64,000 nt of DNA from Gemmatimonadaceae bacterium. Lineage in GTDB: Bacteria > Gemmatimonadota > Gemmatimonadetes > Gemmatimonadales > Gemmatimonadaceae. The DNA is taken from assembly GCA_036844565.1 (NCBI GenBank), contig DAIUFP010000006.1, positions 93,433-157,432 of the forward strand, written 5' to 3'. The notes below the pieces were generated by a model. The model had not been told where the DNA came from. It did no database searches and saw only the letters and a list, made by a program, of their open reading frames with translations. Of this stretch, positions 56,370 to 64,000 are shown piece by piece (the stretch's first letter is position 1; each line of letters opens with the position of its first letter). Made by a program: the position numbers and the translations under genes.

Positions 56370-57251
56370 ATGATGTCGATGTCCCGCTACCTTCTCGCCG
56401 CATTGCTGACCGTCGTATCGCCGTGCGCGTCCAACGCGCAGTCCAACCTCGGCGCCGCGTGGGACTCGGTCGGCCGTGTCCTGCAGGCACCGGGCACGCT
56501 CACCGGAGACTACCGTCGCTACAACTTGCCGCGGCGCGACATCACGCTGCACATGGGTGACGTGACCGTGGCGCCGTCGCTGGCGTTGGGCGCCTGGGCC
56601 GGCTTTGGCGGAACGCCCCCGGACGCCATGATGATGGGCGATCTCGTGCTGACCAACGCCGAGCTCAAGCCCGTTCTGGCGGAGTTCGTGCGCCAGCGAC
56701 TCGACGTGACCGCGATCCACAATCATCTCAGCGGGGAAGAGCCGCGAATCACCTACGTCCACTTCCACGGCCAAGGCCGCGCGATCGACCTTGCCACGCG
56801 CCTCGACCATGTCCTCGCCCTCACGGCGACGCCACGCCCAGTCGCCGCCTCCGCGCCGAGCCCAGTGACGATCGACACGGCGGCGGTTTTCCGTGCATTG
56901 GGCGTGTCCGGGAAGGCACAGGGTGGCGTCGCGCAGCTCTCTTTTATCCTAGTGCCGGGGCGCGTGACGATGCACGGGCGCACACTTGTGCCGGCACTCG
57001 GCTACGGCAGCCCGGTCAACGTCCAAATGGTTGACTCGTCGCGCGCCGTCGCAACAGGCGACTTCGCGGTGTTAGGTACAAAGGTCCGCGGCGTGCTCGA
57101 CGCATTGGCGACGCATGGCATCCTCGCCACCGCGCTCCATAGCCACCTGATCGGCGAGCAGCCCTCGCTCTACTACATCCACTTCTGGGCCGATGGCGGA
57201 CTCACCGACCTGCTGCGCGGGCTTCGCGCCGCGATCGACGCCGCGCGCTGA
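56370..57251 (+). CDS. DUF1259 (LppY/LpqO-like) secreted protein
   Basis: Two repeats with GDLVLTNAELKPVLAEFVRQRLDVTAIHNHL and GDFAVLGTKVRGVLDALATHGILATALHSHL. Confidence 0.7.
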   Translation: MMSMSRYLLAALLTVVSPCASNAQSNLGAAWDSVGRVLQAPGTLTGDYRRYNLPRRDITLHMGDVTVAPSLALGAWAGFGGTPPDAMMMGDLVLTNAELKPVLAEFVRQRLDVTAIHNHLSGEEPRITYVHFHGQGRAIDLATRLDHVLALTATPRPVAASAPSPVTIDTAAVFRALGVSGKAQGGVAQLSFILVPGRVTMHGRTLVPALGYGSPVNVQMVDSSRAVATGDFAVLGTKVRGVLDALATHGILATALHSHLIGEQPSLYYIHFWADGGLTDLLRGLRAAIDAAR

Positions 57252-57407
57252 GCCACCTGGCGCGGGGAGATCTTCTACCAGCGCTGACTGAGGTTTGCCC
57301 CTGGCATACGCTTGAGGAGAGTCCATACGTGCCACTTGGGGGCTCGCAGCGTGCAGATGGCATTCTCCACAGACCGGGGGGATCTCGGCGAAATGTCAAA
57401 CACCCGA

Positions 57408-58372
57408 TCACGCCCTCGACGCGCGTGCGCGCGCCACGACATACGATCCGAACACCAGCACACCCGCGAGCGCCTGCGCCACCAAGGTCTCCACCGTGGG
57501 AAACACGGAGAACCAGAGTCCAACCCAGGACGGCGTCCATCGAGAGAGTCCAGGCACCACAGTCGTGGGAATCCAATGCGCAAGCTGCATCTCCTGCGCT
57601 TCTTCCCCAACTATGACGAGCAGCACGACGCCGAGCAGGACGCCCGTGGTGATCAGCATCTTCCTGTATGGCAGCCGGTGTTGGCCCACGAAGGTAAGCA
57701 CGCCGACGATCGCGGTGAGCGCGGCTCCGAGCAATACTCCGCCAAACACGACTCTACCGCCGAGTTGAAGGCGGTAGCTCTGAAGAAAGAGCACTACCTC
57801 GAACCCCTCCCGGTACAAAGAGGTGAACCCTAGCAAGGCGAGCCCCAATGCGACGCGACTACGCACTCGACCGTGGTCGTTCGCGTGAGCAAACGGCGCT
57901 TTCGCCGCGTGTGAAAGCCGATCCAGCCGGTCCAATAGACTTTGTGAAAGAACCAATTCATCACGACCAGCAGGACGATCACGGCGAGCAAGCCGGTTGC
58001 GGCTTGGACCGCCAGCGCCGGGACGCTCTGCCCCAACTCCTCGACCACGCTGACGACGAGAAACCACGTGGCGATCGACGCGACCAATCCCGCGATAGCG
58101 CCGGCTGTGACCGGACGGCGATGCACGCGCTGCTCACCGGTCATGCTCGCCGTGATCGCCGCGAGCACGAGAATGCATTCGAGTCCCTCGCGAAACACGA
58201 GAACGCCGACGTCAACGACTGCGACGCGGCCTCTCGCATGCGTCGCGATGGGATCGGGCGCCCCGTGCGCGGTGAGGCCGGCAAAAATGAGCGCCGCGAT
58301 GACTGCGCCCGCCGCGGCGATCGTTGCTGCGATGATGAGGATACGGACGACCCGCCAGTCGCGTGTTGCCAT
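57408..58372 (-). pseudogene. FTR1/EfeU-family iron permease split by a frameshift
   Basis: The first REGLE motif (VFREGLECILV) is in ORF 57830..58417. The second (YREGFEVVLF) is in ORF 57408..58067, in another frame. The junction is near 57860-57930. Confidence 0.7.
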
Positions 58373-58413
58373 CGTGGCTAGCGGATCAGACGATCCTGGC
58401 GAGGCAGAATGAA

Positions 58414-60618
58414 TCACCAGAACGACGCACGTACTCCGAGATAGAGGCTGCGACCCATCCCGGGTAGAATGCCGGGGCCCGGATACTCAGGGGTGCGCTT
58501 CGTGAAGTATCGCCTATCCGTCAGGTTGTTGATGCCGAAGGTCAGTTGCCGGTCACCGGCGAGCCGAAGCGCGAACGACCAGTCGAGCACCGTGTATGCC
58601 GGGATCAGGCCGCCAGCTGCGTCCTCGGTGGGTTGTACACTGTTGTTGGCGTCGCCGAATGATTCCGACGTTTGGCTCACCTGGAGCGTGTTCGAGAATC
58701 GGCCGACGGCGTACGTCGCGCCGAACCGCGACAGCACACGCGGGGCCCCCTCGACGCGGTTGCCCTTGAACTCGCCAGTCACGTAGCGGGCGTCGACGAA
58801 ACCAAACGACGAGAAGAGATCGAGCGACCCAGCGCGGGTCGGCAATCCGAGGAGCGGGAACGGATCGAGCTCGAGATAGCTCTCTACGCCACGGTGCTCG
58901 CTCGATCCGATGTTGCCGACTTCGACGAACTCACCCGACGCATCGGTTCCCGTACGCGTCCCTATCCGATCGCCGTACCACAGATAGAACGCGCCCACAT
59001 CGAACTTGAATACATCCCCAGCCGTACCGCGCCAACCCAGGTCGGCGTTGCCGCCGCGCGATGAGTGAAGGTCGGGGCTGATACGAGCGATGCTGCCGAA
59101 CGGAGTGAATGACGAGTACAGGATCGGCCGATACGCTTGTGACACGTTCGCGTACAGCTCGGTCGACAAGCCGGTGATGTAGCTTACGCCGACGCCCGCC
59201 AACGGGTAGGCGTAGCTGCGTGGCGTGAACGACGCCGTCGCGTCGCTGTACCCACTGATGGTCGAGCGCACCGATTCCAGCCGTATGCCCGGCACCACGC
59301 TGAGGCGATCGGTCAGGTGAATGAGCTCTTCGGCGAACCCGGCCACGTTCGACGTGCCGAGCCGCAGCGCGGTCTCCCACGTGCCTTCGGTCAGGTTCAG
59401 GTCGAAATTGTCGCCGACGGATCCGGTGCCGCCCTCGAAGCGGCGCGCAGAGACATTGGAGAGCCTGATGCCCGTGGACAGCGTCGCCCGATGCGCATCC
59501 AGCGCGTGGTCGACCCGCAGGCGCGACTCGAGCGTGAGGGTCTTGAACGTTTCGTTTTCGACCTCTCGGGGAATCTGCTGGCCCGTCTCGGGATCGATGA
59601 CGTCAGGCGAGCCCGGGCCGCCGTCTTCGTTTCGCCACACCAGCGCGCGCGAGCCGTCGACATACGACAGTGTGTTCTCGAACCGTACCGAGCGGGAGAA
59701 GTCGTACTGGGCGCGGAGCGCCGCGACATTCCATGGGCTGCTGAGCCAGTTCCTGGAGCGGAACGATGCGCGCGGGTCGGCGACGAATGCGGAATCATCG
59801 AGACCGCCGGCCATGTGAATACGATTGCGGAACACGGTGTACTCGCCGCTGATCGTCAACCGTGACGACGGGCGATATGTCACGCGTCCGAATGCGGCGA
59901 GCTGCCGGAAATCAGAATTCGGACGCCACCCATCCTCACGCCGGCCATGCACGAACCCGTAGTAGGTCCACTTGTCGGTCCCACCGGCGACCGTGTTGAA
60001 CGAGTTGACCAACCCAAAGCTCCCGCCGCTGAGCGCCGACGTGAAGCGAGGCGCCGTGTTCGGTTGACCATCGCGAATGACGTAGTCGATCACGCCGCCG
60101 AACTGCGGACCGAACGCCAGCGACGCGGCACCGCGCACGACGTCGATGCGCTCGAGCGCTTCCGACGGCGGCGTGTAGTACGTCTCGGGATAGCCGAACA
60201 GGTCCGCCGCGATGTTGACACCGTTCTGGCGGACGTTCATCTCCACCGACTGCGTCGGATCGAGCCCGCGGAACGCGACGCCGTTGGACGGGAAACCGGC
60301 GCCCTCGGTCTCCGAGAAGTGCGCGCCGGGAATGCGGCCGAGGATCTGGCGCTCGACATCCTGCGCGACATTTGCGCGGAGCGAATCCATGACGATCACC
60401 TCGGTCTTCTTGCCGGCGAAGATGGCATTCTGCTGAATGGCCGGTAGATGTCCAATGACGTGGAGCGGTCGGCTTGCGGTCACCACGATCGCCGGAAGCG
60501 CCGCGGTGTCGCGCCGGAACGTGGTGTCTGGTTGTTGGGCTGGTGTGAGGCGCGCGCCGATCGCCAGAAACGCGGCGGCGACAGTGGCTGTTGTACGGAT
60601 CAAGTTGCAGTTCGGCAT
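58414..60618 (-). CDS. TonB-dependent receptor
   Basis: Signal peptide, plug (IVVTASRP...GAHFSETEGAGFPSNGVAFRGLD), beta-barrel repeats and C-terminal ...YLGVRASFW. The ORF extends to 61152. Confidence 0.9.
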   Translation of the reverse strand: MPNCNLIRTTATVAAAFLAIGARLTPAQQPDTTFRRDTAALPAIVVTASRPLHVIGHLPAIQQNAIFAGKKTEVIVMDSLRANVAQDVERQILGRIPGAHFSETEGAGFPSNGVAFRGLDPTQSVEMNVRQNGVNIAADLFGYPETYYTPPSEALERIDVVRGAASLAFGPQFGGVIDYVIRDGQPNTAPRFTSALSGGSFGLVNSFNTVAGGTDKWTYYGFVHGRREDGWRPNSDFRQLAAFGRVTYRPSSRLTISGEYTVFRNRIHMAGGLDDSAFVADPRASFRSRNWLSSPWNVAALRAQYDFSRSVRFENTLSYVDGSRALVWRNEDGGPGSPDVIDPETGQQIPREVENETFKTLTLESRLRVDHALDAHRATLSTGIRLSNVSARRFEGGTGSVGDNFDLNLTEGTWETALRLGTSNVAGFAEELIHLTDRLSVVPGIRLESVRSTISGYSDATASFTPRSYAYPLAGVGVSYITGLSTELYANVSQAYRPILYSSFTPFGSIARISPDLHSSRGGNADLGWRGTAGDVFKFDVGAFYLWYGDRIGTRTGTDASGEFVEVGNIGSSEHRGVESYLELDPFPLLGLPTRAGSLDLFSSFGFVDARYVTGEFKGNRVEGAPRVLSRFGATYAVGRFSNTLQVSQTSESFGDANNSVQPTEDAAGGLIPAYTVLDWSFALRLAGDRQLTFGINNLTDRRYFTKRTPEYPGPGILPGMGRSLYLGVRASFW

Positions 60619-60742
60619 GAGATCGACGGGAAGCGCCCTGAACAGGCGAGAAGGCCTTGGGAGCCACGGACAAACATTCCCGCCCAAGGCCCGGTTGGTG
60701 TGCGAATGATGCCCGACCTCCGCCTGCGCCGCACTTCGGCAA

Positions 60743-61561
60743 TTGTACCGAGTCCGGGCCCGGCCTCCAAGCCAATCCCCGACCAATTGTGCGGTGAACA
60801 CCACTTTACGGGTGAATCCCGATAGTATATATCGGATTAACCCTATCGGACCGATCCCGGTCATTGACGACCCTCGAGCCCTCGACGTGGACGACGCAAC
60901 CGACACCAGCGCACGCGAGATCACGTTCACCAGGCCTTCGGGCTTGGCGAACGAGGTCTCAATCCTCGTCGTCGCCGAGCACGCGCTCGTCCGTGCGGGC
61001 CTGCGGGCGGTGCTGGATAGTACCTCTGGGTTAGTGGTCGTGGCCGAGGCAGCGGACATCGGTTCGGCTGCGCGGGTTGCCACGCGCGTTCGTCCCGACG
61101 CGATCTTGCTCGACGCGCCGCCGGCCGACAGCGGCGCGCAATCGGCGCTCATCGCGTTACGGCGCGCCGTTCCGGAGAGCTGCGTGCTGTGTCTTGCGCG
61201 GACGACTCCGCATGGCTTCGGCGAGCCTCAGTGCGTGTCGCCCGAGACCGGCATCGCGGAATTCTGCTCGGCGCTGGGATCGATGCTCGGCGATCGATGT
61301 GGGGCCTGCCTGCTGCGACCGCAATGCCCCGTGCAGAGCATCGCAGTGGCTCTCAGCCGCCGCGAGCGACAGGTCGCGGTGCGCGTCGCACGCGGGATGT
61401 CGAGCAAACAGATCGCCGCGGCGCTCGGGATCAAGCTCCGAACGGTGAACACATACCGCGAAGCGTTGGCGCGCAAGATTGGTGCGTCGTCGCCGGCCGT
61501 GGTGACGCGGTATGTGCTCGAGCACGGGCTGAACTCGCTCGTCGAAGATCTCATTCGGTAA
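60743..61561 (+). CDS. LuxR/NarL-type response regulator with an atypical Cys-rich linker
   Basis: REC-like ILVVAEHALVRAGL...AILLDAPP and the LuxR HTH LSRRERQVAVRVARGMSSKQIAAALGIKLRTVNTYR. The true start is probably internal (GTG 60887 or TTG 60944). Confidence 0.7.
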   Translation: MYRVRARPPSQSPTNCAVNTTLRVNPDSIYRINPIGPIPVIDDPRALDVDDATDTSAREITFTRPSGLANEVSILVVAEHALVRAGLRAVLDSTSGLVVVAEAADIGSAARVATRVRPDAILLDAPPADSGAQSALIALRRAVPESCVLCLARTTPHGFGEPQCVSPETGIAEFCSALGSMLGDRCGACLLRPQCPVQSIAVALSRRERQVAVRVARGMSSKQIAAALGIKLRTVNTYREALARKIGASSPAVVTRYVLEHGLNSLVEDLIR

Positions 61562-61741
61562 GAAGCGTTTGCATCGCATCGGTTGTGTGCCTCCCCCGCA
61601 AACCATTGGCACGCACGTGCGCCGCGAGGCCACTGATAACAGGTAAGGCGCCGAGCGAACGGATGGACCTCTCCGTGTCTCAGCGTGACACGAGATAGGA
61701 GCCGCCAGATTCGCTGCATCCTTGCAGTTGACTGCGATCTG

Positions 61742-63286
61742 TCACGCGCCTGTCCGGCTGCCGCCATCGTGCTCCGCCACTCGCGGGCGATAGCCGAGCG
61801 CCTCAGCTACATGAGCGGACCCAATCGTGTTGCTCTGCTCCAGATCGGCAATGGTTCTCGCTACCCGTAACACTCGGTGATACGCGCGCGCCGATAGATG
61901 TAGGCGTTCTCCAGCGCTGGTGAGCAGCCCACGCGCGAAGGATTCGAGTTCACCGTGCACCTCGAGCCAGCGCCCTGGTGCGCGTGCGTTGCAAGCACCG
62001 TCGTTGGAGTAGCGTGCGCGTTGTCGAGCGCGCGCGAGCTGTACGCGCTCCCGAATGGCCGCTGACCCATCCCCAGTGCAGCGCTGCGAGAGCCTTGCCA
62101 GCGCGACCGGTGGGACGTTGACGTGCAAGTCGATGCGGTCAGCGAGAGGGCCGCTGAGGCGCGCACGATATTTCACGATCTCCGCTGTCGCACAGGTGCA
62201 CGCTTTTGTCGGATCGCCAGCGTGTCCGCAGAGACACGGGTTCATCGCCGCCGCGAGCGCGAATCGCGCCGGGAAGCGCAGCGAAGCCGACGCCCGCGCA
62301 ATCGTGACGTGTCCATCTTCCATCGGCTGCCGGAGCGATTCGAGCACCGAGCGCGGGAACTCCAGCAGTTCATCGAGGAACAGCACCCCGTGATGTGCAA
62401 GACTCACTTCTCCAGGCCGAGGCGACGATCCACCCCCGACGAGACCGGGCGTGGAGACGGAGTGGTGCGGCGCACGAAAGGGGCGCCGAGTCACCGCGCC
62501 CGCGGCCGGATCGAGCATGCCGGCGACCGAGTGAATGGCGGTCACTTCGATCGCTTCGGCATCGGTGAGCGCGGGGAGGATGGTCGGTAGGCGGCGAGCG
62601 AGCATCGTCTTGCCTGCGCCGGGCGGCCCCACGAGGAGCAGCCCATGACTTCCCGCGGCGGCGATCGCGAGCGCGCGTTTCGCACCCTCCTGCCCGGCGA
62701 CGTCCGACAGGTCGAGCAGATCATCCACTCGCGCACGCTCGGCACTCACACGTGGCTCGGGAAGCTTTCCGCGCTTGATCCATATAACGAGCTCTCCAAG
62801 TGTCGACGGCGCAGCGAGGCGCAGCCCACGAACCAATGCCGCCTCTCTCACGTTGGAAGGTGGCAGGATCAAGGTGGTTTCACCGCCACGTGCGCTCGCA
62901 GCCACCTGTCGCGCAATCGAGAGCGCGCCCCGCACCGGGCGAATCGACCCATCGAGTCCGAGCTCGCCCACTGCGACGCAGCGTTCGACCGACTCCGCCG
63001 GGATCACACCCGTGCCGACGAGTACGCCGAGTGCGATGGGCAGATCGAACCCGGTTCCCTCTTTACGTCTATCCGCTGGCGCAAGGTTTACAGTTATTCG
63101 TCGCGGCGGTACCGTGAACCCCGCATTGATCAACGCAGCCCCGACCCGCTCGCGACTTTCCTTCACGGCACTCGCGGCGAGACCGACGATGAACCATTGC
63201 GGGAGGCCGAGCGCGACGTCGACCTCAACGGTGACGTCGTAGGCGTCGATTCCAAGGACCGCGGCGGAGCGAATGGCTGCAAGCAT
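61742..63286 (-). CDS. comM: YifB/ComM-family Mg-chelatase-like AAA+ ATPase (intact)
   Basis: N-terminal Lon-like domain, Walker A GPPGAGKTM, VLFLDEL and the C-terminal Mg_chelatase_C region. Confidence 0.9.
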   Translation of the reverse strand: MLAAIRSAAVLGIDAYDVTVEVDVALGLPQWFIVGLAASAVKESRERVGAALINAGFTVPPRRITVNLAPADRRKEGTGFDLPIALGVLVGTGVIPAESVERCVAVGELGLDGSIRPVRGALSIARQVAASARGGETTLILPPSNVREAALVRGLRLAAPSTLGELVIWIKRGKLPEPRVSAERARVDDLLDLSDVAGQEGAKRALAIAAAGSHGLLLVGPPGAGKTMLARRLPTILPALTDAEAIEVTAIHSVAGMLDPAAGAVTRRPFRAPHHSVSTPGLVGGGSSPRPGEVSLAHHGVLFLDELLEFPRSVLESLRQPMEDGHVTIARASASLRFPARFALAAAMNPCLCGHAGDPTKACTCATAEIVKYRARLSGPLADRIDLHVNVPPVALARLSQRCTGDGSAAIRERVQLARARQRARYSNDGACNARAPGRWLEVHGELESFARGLLTSAGERLHLSARAYHRVLRVARTIADLEQSNTIGSAHVAEALGYRPRVAEHDGGSRTGA

Positions 63287-63369
63287 GGCGACAACGTGTC
63301 ACGCGCCTGCTCGCACTCCGCCATCATTCCAGCGCGCATGGCATCAATGTCGCGCGCCGTCCTCAGTTG

Positions 63370-63936
63370 CTACGGCAGCCAAGTCGTCAGCGAAGCCGCC
63401 GGCTTACGTTCTTTCGCCGCGGGGACGACCATCGGCTCACCGACGTTGATTACCGCGACAATCCGCTCGCCTTCCCCCACGCCGACCGCGGCGCACGCGG
63501 CCGGATCCTGCATCACTGCGCCCGTCTTGATGTGGGTACCGAGACCCAGTGCGACGGCGGCGATCGAGATGTTCTGGATCGCCATCATCGTCGCGGACAG
63601 GTCTTCCTCACGGATTTCGGGATTCGCGTCTTCCGCCACCGCGACCGCGATCATCAGCGGAAGCGCCATGTGCTCGTCGGCGACCTTGTTCCGCATCGTG
63701 TCCGCGGCGGCGGCATCTTCGATCTTCTTCGCCTTGCGGTTCCCCAACGCGAGCCCGTATGCGCGTCGCGCCTCGGGGCCCATCACGTAGAAGCGCCACG
63801 GCTGCGTGAGCCGATGGTTCGGAGCGGTGATGGCTGCATCGAGTAGCGTCTCGATCTCCGCGCGCGACACCTCGCGCGGGTTGAACTGGCGGATTGAACG
63901 ACGCCCATGAAGAGCGTCAAGTGCGGTGGTGGTCAT
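63370..63936 (-). CDS. Nitroreductase-family protein
   Basis: RRSIRQFNPREVSRAEIETLLDAAITAPNHRLTQPWRF. Confidence 0.85.
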   Translation of the reverse strand: MTTTALDALHGRRSIRQFNPREVSRAEIETLLDAAITAPNHRLTQPWRFYVMGPEARRAYGLALGNRKAKKIEDAAAADTMRNKVADEHMALPLMIAVAVAEDANPEIREEDLSATMMAIQNISIAAVALGLGTHIKTGAVMQDPAACAAVGVGEGERIVAVINVGEPMVVPAAKERKPAASLTTWLP

Positions 63937-64000
63937 GCAGCGCATGGTAGGCCGTCGGTCGCACCCGCGCCAGTCGCGTACGCGATCGACTCGGCGCGAG

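Larger units (their letters stand above)
50698..62240. mobile_element. Inferred comM-targeted island A (about 11.5 kb; cargo plus a replacement comM 3' unit)
   Basis: It runs from the NPCLCG codons of the intact comM (about 62225-62242) to the XRE/relic junction at 50697. The cargo is chromate resistance, iron uptake and a LuxR regulator. Confidence 0.4.

Noticed and set aside
53124-58417. Programmed frameshifting in chrA and FTR1
   Set aside because: There is no slippery heptamer or downstream structure. One break lies in a C/G homopolymer run. Decay or sequencing error is more parsimonious.
45666-62240. Integrase, transposase or Tn7-like genes in the comM islands (comM is a known Tn7-like/AbaR target in Acinetobacter)
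   Set aside because: No ORF in any frame showed tyrosine or serine recombinase, DDE or TnsABC-like motifs, and I saw no terminal inverted repeats. The insertion architecture (3'-end replacement) also differs from the mid-gene AbaR-type insertions.
1-64000. Search for CRISPR arrays, tRNA, rRNA or tmRNA
   Set aside because: I saw no regularly spaced direct repeats. None of the intergenic regions I inspected (6023-6348, 16297-16457, 27948-28093, 38592-38781, 39790-40035, 44317-44438, 46081-47040, 49600-49874, 51179-51383, 61562-61741) contains a cloverleaf-like sequence. By-eye scanning could miss small RNAs.

Overview
High-GC bacterial chromosome segment. A short 286-aa RpoD-like sigma factor, TonB and CarboxypepD_reg proteins and a sigma-54 regulator fit an FCB-group or Gemmatimonadota-like organism, but I cannot confirm that. 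I found no rRNA, tRNA or CRISPR array. Most of the window is densely packed housekeeping and metabolic genes, mainly on the minus strand: GNAT-ctp-tmk-ylbF-like-prmC-prfA-rpmE, crp plus an MBL hydrolase, an HD-GYP protein, hyuA/hyuB plus a DAACS symporter, an ABC-2 exporter, a solA-like oxidase, hemL-rimO, lepB-rpoD-like plus two methyltransferases, ALDH, and larE-thpR plus an NtrC-like regulator. Two accessory regions stand out, and both look like gene-end replacement insertions with no recombinase gene in sight. (1) A ~3.1-kb lower-GC islet (about 30381-33361) sits in the 5' end of yajQ and is bounded by a duplicated yajQ 5' segment. It carries a DUF5131 (phage Gp37/Gp68, three-Cys) plus TcmP pair and two convergent orphan genes. 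This is my best candidate for an undescribed system. (2) The 3' end of comM (intact gene 61742-63286) is followed by displaced comM 3' relics at 50190-50697, 49880-50050 and 45175-45665. The two long relics each abut a conserved double-HTH XRE gene. This implies tandem accretion of about 11.5-kb and 5-kb islands. The larger island carries chromate resistance and iron-uptake cargo with two frameshifted genes, and the smaller one carries a hybrid histidine kinase. Other points are a 173-bp GTAC-rich inverted repeat with a half copy 33 kb away, a perfect TGTGA-N6-TCACA box overlapping the crp stop codon, and a prfA with no ATG/GTG/TTG start at the expected position. All family assignments come from reading the translations by eye. 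No database search was run.
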